64,000 nucleotides of DNA from an uncultured Pseudomonadota bacterium (GCA_964491895.1 CAZBHK010000004.1:32432-96431), one strand, 5' to 3'; positions 19,619-29,960 are shown, counted from the stretch's first letter. The notes: generated by a model not told the origin, from the letters alone. Made by a program: numbers and translations.

Positions 19619-20479
19619 GTGATATTAAAAAATCGATTTATTTGTAAATTAGCTTCCATTTCTAGAAGAAAAAAATTATTTAAGTTGAATTGGTTAATTA
19701 CTAAATTATATGATCCTGAAAAAAGAAAGAATGATTGTATTGATCGTATTATTTTATTAGAAGATAATAATTTAATTCATATCGATACTAGATCTTATTT
19801 AGAATGGTATATATTTTTTTATGGTTCTTATGAGCCTATGGTTTCTAATTTAATTAAAGCGACCTTGTCCACTGGCGGCATAGCGCTTGATGTGGGAGCT
19901 AATATTGGTATTCATTCTTTGTCTATGGCAAGAGCAGTTGGGGCTACTGGAAGGGTATACTCTTTCGAACCACATAGAGATATTTTGAAAAAACTTATTG
20001 AAAATCTAAGTTTAAACAATATGTTTTGGGTTGAGCCTGTAAATATTGGTTTAGCAAAAGAAAGTGGCACAGCTATATTACATAGTTTTGATGGTTCAGA
20101 TAGTAATCAAGGAACATCTTCAATTTTAAATCAATTTGGATTCCAGGGACAAAAATTTGAAATAAAAATATTATCTTTAGATGATTTTTCTAGAGAAAAA
20201 AACTTAGCGCGCCTAGATTTTTTAAAAATAGATGTAGAAGGCTCAGAGATGGATGTTTTATTGGGAGGTATAGAGACTTTGAAAAGATTTAGACCTTCTA
20301 TTGTCTTTGAATATAATTTGTATAGGGATATGGATAAACAGGGTTATAAAATGATAATTAGTTTCTTCGAGGCTTTAGGTTATAAATTATATTTAGTAGA
20401 ATCTAATTATCTTATCGACCTTAATAAAGCTGATATTTTGGGTAATGTAAATATTTTTGCTGTTTATAATAAGCTATGA
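19619..20479 (+). CDS. FkbM-family methyltransferase
   Basis: 'ALDVGANIGIHSL' and 'FLKIDVEGSEMDVLLG'. GTG start. Confidence 0.75.
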   Translation: MILKNRFICKLASISRRKKLFKLNWLITKLYDPEKRKNDCIDRIILLEDNNLIHIDTRSYLEWYIFFYGSYEPMVSNLIKATLSTGGIALDVGANIGIHSLSMARAVGATGRVYSFEPHRDILKKLIENLSLNNMFWVEPVNIGLAKESGTAILHSFDGSDSNQGTSSILNQFGFQGQKFEIKILSLDDFSREKNLARLDFLKIDVEGSEMDVLLGGIETLKRFRPSIVFEYNLYRDMDKQGYKMIISFFEALGYKLYLVESNYLIDLNKADILGNVNIFAVYNKL

Positions 20480-21570
20480 ATAAAATATTAGTTGTTGGAG
20501 AAAGTAGTCTTAATATAGATGTTTATACTTACGCAAAGTCATTTTTTGATATTTTTCAAAAATTAGAATTTGAAGTAACCTTTTTTAATAATAAAAAGAA
20601 TTATTTATTATCAAAAGGCACAATTTATCAATTAAATTCTAAATTACACTTTTTCAATAATTATTTATGTAATAAAGCATTAAAAAATTTTGTAATAAAA
20701 TATAGGCCAGATTTAGTTTTTTTTATCAAATCTGAAAATATTTACCCAGCAACATTAACTTTTATTAAGCAATATACTAATGCTATTTTAGTTAATTTTT
20801 ATCCAGATAACCCTTTTGTTTTTTGGAATAGTAATTCTAATGCTAATCTTTTAAAATCATTACCTATTTATGATCATTTTTTAATATGGTCTAAGGATCT
20901 TATTCCAGTTTTAAAATCTGCAGGTTGTAAAAATGTTGATTATTTTCCTTTTGCATATGATTCTAATTTATTTGTTAAAGATATAAATATTAGCTTAGAA
21001 GATGAAAAACTTTACAAGAGTGATGTATGCTTTATTGGTACATGGGAGCCTGATAGAGAATTATGGTTAGAGGCTCTTTGTAAGAATATGCCAGATATAT
21101 CTCTTTCTATTTGGGGTAATATGTGGAAAGAACATCTTTCTAAAAATTCTGTTTTATTCAATAAAATAAAAGGACCTGCGATATATAAAGAAAAAATGAT
21201 TAAGGCATTTAGGTTTTCAAAGGTTGTATTGAATTTTATTAGGCAACAAAACATGTTTTCGCATAATATGAGGACCTTTGAAGTTCCTGCTTCTAATGGA
21301 TTTTTATTAACTGAAAGAACTAAAGAACAAGCAGTAGAATTGTTTCAAGAAGGCATTTCTATAGAATGTTTTAGCTCTTTAGAAGAACTTTGTTCAAAGA
21401 TTAAATTTTATTTAATCTTTGAACATGAAAGAAAACGTATTATTGAAAATGCAAGTGAACGAGCAAAGATGTATGCTCTTGATATATGGTTAAAAGATTT
21501 TATTGATAAGATTTCAAATAATGTTAATGAAAAAAGAAAAAATAGCGATTTTGACGTTACATCCTTATAA
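20476..21570 (+). CDS. CgeB-like / DUF3880-type glycosyltransferase
   Basis: 'VCFIGTWEPDRELWLEAL' and 'NMRTFEVPASNGFLLTERT', as in the CgeB family. Confidence 0.55.
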   Translation: MNKILVVGESSLNIDVYTYAKSFFDIFQKLEFEVTFFNNKKNYLLSKGTIYQLNSKLHFFNNYLCNKALKNFVIKYRPDLVFFIKSENIYPATLTFIKQYTNAILVNFYPDNPFVFWNSNSNANLLKSLPIYDHFLIWSKDLIPVLKSAGCKNVDYFPFAYDSNLFVKDINISLEDEKLYKSDVCFIGTWEPDRELWLEALCKNMPDISLSIWGNMWKEHLSKNSVLFNKIKGPAIYKEKMIKAFRFSKVVLNFIRQQNMFSHNMRTFEVPASNGFLLTERTKEQAVELFQEGISIECFSSLEELCSKIKFYLIFEHERKRIIENASERAKMYALDIWLKDFIDKISNNVNEKRKNSDFDVTSL

Positions 21571-22735
21571 TTATGGTGGTATTTTATCATCACTAAAAAT
21601 AGTATATCAATTTTGTGAAAAATATTTTGAACCAACAGTATTTTTTTTGGGCTTTGATAGAGAGATTTCTGCGAATTTAAAATCATTTCAATTTTCCTCA
21701 AAGGTTCTGAAGAAAGATTATTTTGGGATGAATTGTGTTGAGATAGGTTCACGCTTTGCTTTTTGGGAACCAGGTCATTATAGATATACACTTAAAGATT
21801 GGACACAACAGTTAGATAGTTTTAAGTATTTTTTTGTAACAGCAGGTACATGTATCTCTGCTCATCCATTGGTTTTACTTAATAAAAAATTTCCTATGTG
21901 GGTAGCATCATCTTATGAAGAAGATAAAAAGCACAGAATTAATGAGCTTTCTAGGTTTAGGTTTATTTTAGATAGATTGGGCGCGATTTTTGTTAGAAAA
22001 ATTGAAAAAAAGATACTTAAAAGGGCTACATTTACTTGGGCTTTAAGTAAATATACTCAGGATAATTTTGAAAATCTTTTAGGTACACTTCCAAATAATA
22101 TGACAATATGTGGTTATCCTATGGATGTTAAAGATAATATTAACTATAATTTGAATTCAAAAAAGAAAAGCATTATAGCTGTTGGTAGGTTTGATGATCC
22201 CAGAAAAAACATTTCAATGCTATTGAGTGTTTTTGATAAAATTTATTCTCAAGTTTCTAATGTTAATTTATATGTAGTTGGTCCTAAGCCATCGACTGAA
22301 AGATTACAACCATTTGTACATTTAAAAGGTTTTCAAGGGATTGTTTTTACAGGGCTAGTTTCTTCGAAAGAATTGGATAATTTATATAAAAAAGCTCATC
22401 TAATGTTAATAACATCTAAACAAGAAGGATTGGGTATTATAGGTTTAGAGGCTCAGTCTTATGCTATACCTGTTATATCAACTAATTGTGGTGGCCCTAG
22501 AGATTATATTCTTGATGGCAAAAATGGATATTTAGTTGATGATAATGCTGTAGAAGAAATGGTTTATAAGGCTGTAAAAATTTTGACTAATGAAGAACTA
22601 GCAAAAGATTTATCTTATGGTGCTTGCGAATTTATTAGGCAGCAATGTTCTTATGATAAAATTTATTCTATTTTTAAAAAGGGGCTTATATATACTTATC
22701 CAGAATTGTGCGATTATTTTATTCGTAGTATTTGA
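21527..22735 (+). CDS. glycosyltransferase family 4
   Basis: 'KQEGLGIIGLEAQSYAIPVISTNCGGPRDYILDGKNGYLV'. The start is ambiguous (TTG/ATG at 21503, 21521 or 21527) and overlaps the upstream gene. Confidence 0.8.
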   Translation: MKKEKIAILTLHPYNYGGILSSLKIVYQFCEKYFEPTVFFLGFDREISANLKSFQFSSKVLKKDYFGMNCVEIGSRFAFWEPGHYRYTLKDWTQQLDSFKYFFVTAGTCISAHPLVLLNKKFPMWVASSYEEDKKHRINELSRFRFILDRLGAIFVRKIEKKILKRATFTWALSKYTQDNFENLLGTLPNNMTICGYPMDVKDNINYNLNSKKKSIIAVGRFDDPRKNISMLLSVFDKIYSQVSNVNLYVVGPKPSTERLQPFVHLKGFQGIVFTGLVSSKELDNLYKKAHLMLITSKQEGLGIIGLEAQSYAIPVISTNCGGPRDYILDGKNGYLVDDNAVEEMVYKAVKILTNEELAKDLSYGACEFIRQQCSYDKIYSIFKKGLIYTYPELCDYFIRSI

Positions 22736-22753
22736 GAGTAAAACAAGGGTATT

Positions 22754-24301
22754 ATGAGATTAAGTAGCTATTTTTTATCAGATATTTATATATATTTTTT
22801 TTCTGTGTATTCAATTTTGTTTTTTTGGTTCCATAATTTTGAAGAAGCTTATATTGGGGAAGTTTCAATAATTTTCTTTGGATGTTTAAGTTTAGCTTTT
22901 TTAGTAAAAAAAATTTTTAATTATTTTTTTGAAGATAAAGTTAAAACTAATTTAATTACAGTTATTTTTTTGATAATGTTTTTTACTTATGGTCATCTGT
23001 TTAATGTTGATGGATACTTATCTTTTTTAAGGAGTATTCAAATATTTAATCAAAGTATAGGTAGATATTTATATACGTTATCATTTTGGATCATTTTATT
23101 TATGATTATTGTCTGGGCGTTTCATAAATCTAAAAGAAATTTTAGGCAGTTAGAAAAAATTGTTAAATTGAATGTATTTATTCTTGTATTATTTCCAATA
23201 TCATCATTAATTATGATCCAAACTAAATTTTTTTTTAATTATACACCAAGTTTTTATAAGGTGAAGAGAGTCAATTTAAAGCATAAACCGAATATATACT
23301 ATATAATCTTTGATGCCTATGCACGAGCTGATGTGCTTAAAAATATTTATAATTATAATAATGAGAATTTTATTAAAGCATTGAAAAAAAGAGGATTTTT
23401 TATAGCTGATCAATCTTGTAGTAATTACACTATGACTCATCTTTCTATTCCATCTTCAATGAATATGGAGTATTTAAATAGTGAGCAAGATTGGTTTTCG
23501 CCATTTAAAATGATGAAAGAGTCGAAAGTATTAGCTTTTATCAAACAACAAGGCTATAAAACTATAAATATAGCTTCAGGGTGGGGATTTACTGATAGAA
23601 ATTATATAGTCGATCTTGAGGTGTTTAGGTTGTTTTCATGTAATTTTATATATGAATTTTTACATACAACTTTATTGGCGCCTATACATAACTATGGAAT
23701 TAAATTGTTGCAGGAAAGAAGGTTACGTATAGGAATATTAGATGCTTTTGAATCCTTATCTAAGAAGTGGGACCTTGAGCCATTTTTTTTATTTTGTCAT
23801 ATGGTCACACCACATGAGCCACATTTATTTGAAAAAGATAGTAGTCCTTTAATAAGTGCAAAACCAACTAAAGCAACATATCTAAAACAAATATCATTTT
23901 TAAATAATAAAATCATAAAGGTTGTTGATGATATTTTGGAGCATTTTAATGGGAATGTTATTATAATTATTCAATCAGATCATGGCCCAAATTATAATGA
24001 TTCTTTATGTCTAGCAGGCAAGAAAAAGGTGTCGATGCAAGCGATTAAAGAACGACTTTCTAATTTAAGTCTTTTTTATTTACCAGAAGGGGGTTCTTCT
24101 ATTTTGTATCCAACTATAACACCAGTTAATATTTTTAGATTAATATTTAATTATTATTTTGGTGCTAATTTTGAAAAACTTGAAGATATTTCTTATTGGT
24201 CAGATTTATCAGGTCAGTATATGTTTAAAAAAGTTGAGCCTAATAGAATAGAGTTTGAAGAAATAATTGAGTCTAATTTTAATTCATATAAAAAAAAGTA
24301 A
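22754..24301 (+). CDS. membrane-anchored alkaline-phosphatase-superfamily enzyme (sulfatase / LTA-synthase / phospho-substituent transferase-like)
   Basis: About 5 N-terminal TM helices, then 'NIYYIIFDAYARAD' (metal-ligand Asp region) and 'IIIQSDHGP'. Confidence 0.55.
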   Translation: MRLSSYFLSDIYIYFFSVYSILFFWFHNFEEAYIGEVSIIFFGCLSLAFLVKKIFNYFFEDKVKTNLITVIFLIMFFTYGHLFNVDGYLSFLRSIQIFNQSIGRYLYTLSFWIILFMIIVWAFHKSKRNFRQLEKIVKLNVFILVLFPISSLIMIQTKFFFNYTPSFYKVKRVNLKHKPNIYYIIFDAYARADVLKNIYNYNNENFIKALKKRGFFIADQSCSNYTMTHLSIPSSMNMEYLNSEQDWFSPFKMMKESKVLAFIKQQGYKTINIASGWGFTDRNYIVDLEVFRLFSCNFIYEFLHTTLLAPIHNYGIKLLQERRLRIGILDAFESLSKKWDLEPFFLFCHMVTPHEPHLFEKDSSPLISAKPTKATYLKQISFLNNKIIKVVDDILEHFNGNVIIIIQSDHGPNYNDSLCLAGKKKVSMQAIKERLSNLSLFYLPEGGSSILYPTITPVNIFRLIFNYYFGANFEKLEDISYWSDLSGQYMFKKVEPNRIEFEEIIESNFNSYKKK

Positions 24302-24305
24302 AAAT

Positions 24306-25457
24306 GTGAATGTCTTAATTATTAGTCATACTGCTTGTGCCGCTATAAATAGAGTTAAATGGAAGGTTCTTTCAAAATTATATCCTAATGTTAATCTTAC
24401 AGTAATAATGCCTAAAATTTGGCCTGATGTATTATTTACTCATAGATGTGATAATGTTGCGAAAGAAAATTTACCAAATTGTAAGTTTGTGGCTTTAAAT
24501 ACTTTTAAAGCAGGTAATGAAGTTTTATACGGGTATTACCCACAAGATTTAATTAAAATTTTTTATAATTTTAAACCAGATATTGTGCATGTAGAGCAGG
24601 GGGATAACGCATTTAGTTATTTTCAAGCTATAGTCTTAGGTAAGATATTTTGTTCTAAAGCTAAATATTCTTTTTTTACTTGGATTAATTGGAGGGTTAA
24701 AAGATCATTAAAATATCGTCTTTTATGGGGCTGGATTGAAAGGTTAAATTTGAAGTATACAACAGGTGCCTTTTTGGGTAATCAAGCAGCAAAAGATATT
24801 TTGTTAAGTAAAAATTTTTTTAAGCCGGCTAAAGTGCTTCCTTTAATTGGTGTTGATTTGAATTTTTTTACACCTACGAGAAGAAATGATTGTAAAAAAA
24901 TTATATTTATAGGTCGTTTTGTAAAAGAAAAAGGGATTTATTTATTAGTTGATGCTTTTTCCAAGCTTACTAATGAATATGAAAAGTTAGAGCTAATTTT
25001 TGTTGGTGGTGGTTTAGAATTAAATAACTTGAAAAATTATGTTGAACAATTAGGTTGCAAAGATAGAATTTTCTTTATAATTTCAGCTTCTCATGAACAG
25101 ATTAGAGATATTCTTCAAAAAGTTGATATTTTAGTTTTACCTTCCTTTGATATGGAAGATTGGAAGGAGCAATTTGGACATGTCTTAATTGAAGCAATGG
25201 CAACAAAAATTCCAGTTATTGGTTCTGATGCTGGAGAAATTCCAAATGTTATAGGAGAAGCAGGTTTAGTATTTAAACAAAGAGATTCAAAAGATTTAGA
25301 AGTTTGTTTACGCAAGCTTATTCAGGATCCAGAATTAAGAATCAAATTGACAGCCTTGGCTTATGAAAGAGTTAAAAATAAATATTCACATGAAGCTATA
25401 GCTAGAGAGACTTATAATTTTTGGGAAAAGTTGGGTGTTGGATTTTCTAAAATATGA
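24306..25457 (+). CDS. glycosyltransferase family 4
   Basis: 'EQFGHVLIEAMATKIPVIGSDAGEIPNVIGEAGLVF'. A GTG at 24306 gives the usual 'VNVLIISH' N-terminus. The ORF track's ATG at 24267 would overlap the upstream gene by 35 nt. Confidence 0.8.
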   Translation: MNVLIISHTACAAINRVKWKVLSKLYPNVNLTVIMPKIWPDVLFTHRCDNVAKENLPNCKFVALNTFKAGNEVLYGYYPQDLIKIFYNFKPDIVHVEQGDNAFSYFQAIVLGKIFCSKAKYSFFTWINWRVKRSLKYRLLWGWIERLNLKYTTGAFLGNQAAKDILLSKNFFKPAKVLPLIGVDLNFFTPTRRNDCKKIIFIGRFVKEKGIYLLVDAFSKLTNEYEKLELIFVGGGLELNNLKNYVEQLGCKDRIFFIISASHEQIRDILQKVDILVLPSFDMEDWKEQFGHVLIEAMATKIPVIGSDAGEIPNVIGEAGLVFKQRDSKDLEVCLRKLIQDPELRIKLTALAYERVKNKYSHEAIARETYNFWEKLGVGFSKI

Positions 25458-25504
25458 TATTTTAAAATTTTGAAAAAATTTATCTCTTTTTAAAAGGGGA
25501 AGTT

Positions 25505-26890
25505 GTGAAAAAAATAGTAATTATTGGAGCAGGTTATGTTGGACTTGTCAGTGCAACATGCTTTGCCAAAAAAGGACATAGTGTTTTAGTTGTTGAAAAT
25601 GATCCTAATAAACTTAAGCTTTTACTAACAGGGAAACCATATTTTTATGAACCGAACTTAGAGGCCTTAATAAAAGAAGTTTTTTTAATGGGTCGATTAC
25701 AGTTTAGTTCTTCTATTTTTGAGGCTCTTGCTGATAATCCTGAAATTATTTTTTCTTGTGTAGGTACTCCTTCTTTGGATGATGGTTCAGTGGATCTCTC
25801 ATATGTGCAAAATGTTGCTACAGAGATAGGTAAATCTTTAAAAAGTTATTCCTTGGTAGTGAATAAATCTACTGTACCGGTTGGTTGCACTAAAGAGGTT
25901 TGTAAGATAATTCAAGCCGAGCTTGATAAGCGTAATATTAAGATAAAATTTGATGTAGCATCTAATCCTGAATTTTTGAAAGAAGGTACAGCTGTCAACG
26001 ATAGCTTATATCCAGATCGTGTTGTTGTAGGTGTTGAATCGAAAAAAGCAGAACAGATCTTGTTTGAACTTTATAAACCGTTTTTGACTAAAGAAGACCA
26101 GTTTTTGGTTATGAGTTGTGAGTCCTCTGAACTTACTAAGTACGCTTCTAATGCTATGCTTGCTACACGTATTAGCTTTATGAATCAGCTTGCATTGTTT
26201 GCTGATAAGGTTGGTGCTGACATTTCTAAAGTTAAGCTTGGTATGAGTTATGATAAGCGAATTGGAGCTGAATTTCTCAATGCTGGCATAGGTTATGGTG
26301 GTAGTTGTTTTCCTAAGGACGTTAGAGCACTTATAAGTATGGGTAATGTACATAAACAACCTATGACTATTATTAAAGAAGTTGAAAATGTTAATAACAG
26401 GCAGCGTCAGTGGTTCATTGATGCTATTTGTAAGTATTATGGTAAATCTTTACAGGGTAAAAAGGTTGCTGTATTGGGTTTAGCATTTAAACCAGGTACG
26501 GATGATATTAGATATGCACCATCTATAGATCTTATTTCTCAGTTTATTAGTAAGGGAGTAATTGTAACAGCTTGTGATTTGGTTGCTATAGATAATGTTA
26601 AGAAGATTTTTGGCTCCAAAATTACATATACCTCTTTAGCAAATAAAGCTCTTTTAAATGCGGATTTTGCAGTAGTTCTTACAGAGTGGGAGCAGTTTAA
26701 AAATCTTTCTATTGATGAATGGTTAGTGTTGAAAGATAAAGTTGTTTTCGATGGTCGTAACTGTTTAAATGCTGAGTTATTAATATCTAATAATATAAAA
26801 TATTTTTGTGTAGGCCGTAATACGAATTATAAATCTGATTTTGTTGTTTTGAGTCATGGTTCTAAAAAAGCTGATGTAAAGAGTGCTTAA
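25505..26890 (+). CDS. ugd: UDP-glucose 6-dehydrogenase
   Basis: 'IVIIGAGYVGLV', 'NPEFLKEGTAV', and catalytic Cys 'GYGGSCFPKDV'. SD 'aaggggaag' precedes the GTG. Confidence 0.9.
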   Translation: MKKIVIIGAGYVGLVSATCFAKKGHSVLVVENDPNKLKLLLTGKPYFYEPNLEALIKEVFLMGRLQFSSSIFEALADNPEIIFSCVGTPSLDDGSVDLSYVQNVATEIGKSLKSYSLVVNKSTVPVGCTKEVCKIIQAELDKRNIKIKFDVASNPEFLKEGTAVNDSLYPDRVVVGVESKKAEQILFELYKPFLTKEDQFLVMSCESSELTKYASNAMLATRISFMNQLALFADKVGADISKVKLGMSYDKRIGAEFLNAGIGYGGSCFPKDVRALISMGNVHKQPMTIIKEVENVNNRQRQWFIDAICKYYGKSLQGKKVAVLGLAFKPGTDDIRYAPSIDLISQFISKGVIVTACDLVAIDNVKKIFGSKITYTSLANKALLNADFAVVLTEWEQFKNLSIDEWLVLKDKVVFDGRNCLNAELLISNNIKYFCVGRNTNYKSDFVVLSHGSKKADVKSA

Positions 26891-28845
26891 TGTGTGGAAT
26901 TGTTGGTTTAATTTCTACTAAACCTTTAAATAAAAAAGATTTTTTTAGACAAGAGCTTGCAAAGATGACTGCAGCTATTGCGCATAGAGGTAATAGTGAT
27001 TCACGATTCTTTGAAGAAGAGCAGTGTCTTTTTGGACATAAACGGCTTTCTATTATTGATTTAACTGAGGTCTCTTTACAGCCTATTGTAAGTAAATGTG
27101 GCCGTTATGTATGTGTATTTAATGGCGAGATTTATAACTATTTAGAGTTAGCTAAAGAGCTTTTGGAGATTGGTTTACCTATTACTGGCAAAAGTGATAC
27201 AGAGGTTGTTTTATACAGTTATATAACTTGGGATAAGGATTGTTTAAAAAAATTTAGAGGCATGTTTGCTTTTGCTATTTGGGATCTTGCAGAAAAAAAA
27301 TTGTTTGCAGCAAGAGATCATCTGGGAATAAAGCCATTTTATTGGTTTTTAGGAGATGTTTTAGGTCAGAAATGTTTTGTATTTGCATCAGAAATAAAAG
27401 CCTTTCTAAAGACCTCTTTTTTTCAACGTCGTGTTAATAAAGAAGCGTTATCTCAATATCTTCAGTTTTATAGTATTAATCCTCCGGATACAATGTTAGA
27501 AGGTCTTTATGCGTTACGGCCTGGACATTATTTGGAATTTTCTGAAGATAATCTTATTATGCATGCTTATTGGAATTTATGCTCAATTACTACTAATAAC
27601 TCTTATAATTCTCAGGATTTACGAATTCAGGTTAGGGATATGCTTGAAGAGTCTGTAAAATTGCATATGAGAGCAGATGTCCAAGTTGGTGCTTTTTTGA
27701 GTGGAGGGTTGGACTCTACAGTTATTGTTGGGATAATGTCATCATTGACAAGCAAGCCAATAAATACATTTAGTATAGGCTTTGAAGAGCAGGGTGGATG
27801 TAGAAATGAGCTTCAATTAGCAGAGCTGGTTGCAAGACGGTTTGGTTGCGACCATACAAGTGTTGTTGTTACGGGTGAACTTTTTATGAAAAATTTTGAA
27901 AAGTTTGTATTAGCTATTGATCAGCCCAGTGGTGATGGAATTAATTCTTTTCTTGTGTCACAGGTTGCGGGTGCAAAAGTTACTGTTGCAATGTCTGGAT
28001 TGGGTGGTGATGAAATATTTTTAGGTTATCGATACTTTCAAGATTTTTCTAAGCTGCTGCACTTACAAAAGAGTTTTGTTTTTAGAAAAATGCTACCTAG
28101 TTTATCTAATTTATATAAATATAGCAGATTTTTTAGAGCTTTTGCATGGAAGAACAAGTTAGATTTTTTAAAATATTGGCCTAGTTCTGAAATAGATTCA
28201 TATTTCAAAATGAGGACGCTTTTTTCTCAGGATGATATAAATCTACTACTTAAGCATAAAAGTGTTTTTAAAAAAGAAGCTGGTTTGTTTTTAAATGGGT
28301 TTAATATGGAAGATGATGTTCTAAATAAACTATCGAAGTTAGAGTTATCTTGGTATACACCGGGAATGCTATTGCGGGATACCGATGTTACATCTATGGT
28401 GCACACATTAGAAGTACGTGTTCCTTTTTTAGATGTTCCATTAGTAGAGTTATTATTATCTATCCCAAGTAAATACAAGGTTTCTCATGATCAAAAGAGT
28501 AATAAGCCATTGTTAGTTTCAGCGTTTAAGGATTTGATACCTGAGGAATTGATAAAAATACCCAAGCAGGGATTTGAGATGCCTCTTGGATTTTGGTTAA
28601 AGAAGTTTTTTAGATCAGAATTGCAGGCTTTGGCTGAAGTATCATGGCTTAATAAGCATTACGTGTTAAAATTGTTAGAGGATTTTGATAAGGATCCAAG
28701 GAATTATTTGAAACTTTGGACATTGTTGGTTCTTTGTAAGTGGGTAGAACTTTACGATATTGAAGGTCTTGATGAAGAAGATTTTATACATACATCATGG
28801 ACAGGGGATAGGCGGAGCGCCTCTAAGCCTTCTTTATTTAATTGA
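26890..28845 (+). CDS. asnB: asparagine synthase (glutamine-hydrolysing) family amidotransferase
   Basis: N-terminal nucleophile 'MCGIVG', 'HRGNSD', and PP-loop 'FLSGGLDST'. The ATG overlaps the ugd stop (TAATG). Confidence 0.85.
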   Translation: MCGIVGLISTKPLNKKDFFRQELAKMTAAIAHRGNSDSRFFEEEQCLFGHKRLSIIDLTEVSLQPIVSKCGRYVCVFNGEIYNYLELAKELLEIGLPITGKSDTEVVLYSYITWDKDCLKKFRGMFAFAIWDLAEKKLFAARDHLGIKPFYWFLGDVLGQKCFVFASEIKAFLKTSFFQRRVNKEALSQYLQFYSINPPDTMLEGLYALRPGHYLEFSEDNLIMHAYWNLCSITTNNSYNSQDLRIQVRDMLEESVKLHMRADVQVGAFLSGGLDSTVIVGIMSSLTSKPINTFSIGFEEQGGCRNELQLAELVARRFGCDHTSVVVTGELFMKNFEKFVLAIDQPSGDGINSFLVSQVAGAKVTVAMSGLGGDEIFLGYRYFQDFSKLLHLQKSFVFRKMLPSLSNLYKYSRFFRAFAWKNKLDFLKYWPSSEIDSYFKMRTLFSQDDINLLLKHKSVFKKEAGLFLNGFNMEDDVLNKLSKLELSWYTPGMLLRDTDVTSMVHTLEVRVPFLDVPLVELLLSIPSKYKVSHDQKSNKPLLVSAFKDLIPEELIKIPKQGFEMPLGFWLKKFFRSELQALAEVSWLNKHYVLKLLEDFDKDPRNYLKLWTLLVLCKWVELYDIEGLDEEDFIHTSWTGDRRSASKPSLFN

Positions 28846-29959
28846 AGGTTTAAACAAAAATCTTTATAAGCCTGTTGTTTTATTTTTAAAAAATTCTGAA
28901 GTTATTGATTTATATAAATCTCGAGGTATAGAAGTTTTTGGACCGTTAAATATCTCAGATTTTGCACATACTAAAATCTGGTGGTATAGATGGTATCATC
29001 CTCATCATTTGATTAGATCTATAATTGATTTTTTTAGAACAGTTTTTGCAGTAGGGCCTTACTGGTTAAAAAAAATTAATCCGGATATTGTGCATTTGAA
29101 TACAAGTTCATTATTAGCCTTTGGAATCGCTGCTAAAAAATTTAAAATTCCTGTTGTATGGCATATAAGAGAGCCGTTATCTGAAGGGTATTTAGGGATA
29201 AGAAGATGGTTTGTTAAGATGGTTGTGAAAAAGTGTTCGAATTTGATTTTGCCTATATGTATAAATGATGCAAAGCCGTGGGCAAAAGAAAGCAAGACAC
29301 ATGTTTTATATAATGCTGTGGATCTTAATTTATTTAATATTTTGACAGTAAAGCCAAGAGTGATTGCAGAAGGTCCAAAGATTCTTTTTTTAGGTGGCTT
29401 ATCCAAGGAGAAGGGGACACTGTTAATTTTTGAAGTATTTAAAAAGCTTTTGGGGAAAATACCAGATGCAAAACTTCTAGTTGCAGGTTATTTTGAGAGA
29501 ACTTTAAAACCAAGAACTTTATTACAATATTATTTCCCAACTGAGCGTTACAAACGAGAAGTTTTTAAGTTTTTAGAAGAAATAGCGCAGAATGTAGTTT
29601 TTTTGGGGCCTATTAAAGATGTGCCTTCTGTTATGTTAGCAAGTGATGTAGTAGTGTTTCCTGCAACTGTTGGTCATTTTGCTAGACCTGTTATAGAAGC
29701 AGGATTTATGAAAAAAGTTGTTGTTGCATCTAAATTAGCGCCGTTGGATGAGCTTGTTATTGATGGTCAAACAGGTTTTTTAATAGAACATACGGATGTT
29801 GATCAATGGGTAGATAAATTAGAAAAGTTGCTTTTAAATAATGATTTAAGATTTAAAATGAGTGAAAAGGCATTTCAATATTGTTATTCAAAATTTACAA
29901 TAACTAGTCAAATTCAAGCTGTTTCTCAATATTATTCTGAACTTATAGGTGATAATTAG
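28772..29959 (+). CDS. glycosyltransferase family 4
   Basis: 'MKKILYIHHGQGIGGAP' and 'ARPVIEAGFMKKVVVASKLAPLDELVIDGQTGFL'. The start lies inside the asnB 3' end. Confidence 0.75.
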   Translation: MKKILYIHHGQGIGGAPLSLLYLIEGLNKNLYKPVVLFLKNSEVIDLYKSRGIEVFGPLNISDFAHTKIWWYRWYHPHHLIRSIIDFFRTVFAVGPYWLKKINPDIVHLNTSSLLAFGIAAKKFKIPVVWHIREPLSEGYLGIRRWFVKMVVKKCSNLILPICINDAKPWAKESKTHVLYNAVDLNLFNILTVKPRVIAEGPKILFLGGLSKEKGTLLIFEVFKKLLGKIPDAKLLVAGYFERTLKPRTLLQYYFPTERYKREVFKFLEEIAQNVVFLGPIKDVPSVMLASDVVVFPATVGHFARPVIEAGFMKKVVVASKLAPLDELVIDGQTGFLIEHTDVDQWVDKLEKLLLNNDLRFKMSEKAFQYCYSKFTITSQIQAVSQYYSELIGDN

Positions 29960-29960
29960 T

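Noticed and set aside
26890-28845. Possibility that the asnB-like gene is a frameshifted pseudogene, given its long overlap with the next gene.
   Set aside because: The N-terminal Cys nucleophile, the PP-loop and the full-length synthetase domain are intact in a single frame. Only the last ~28 codons look like a read-through extension.
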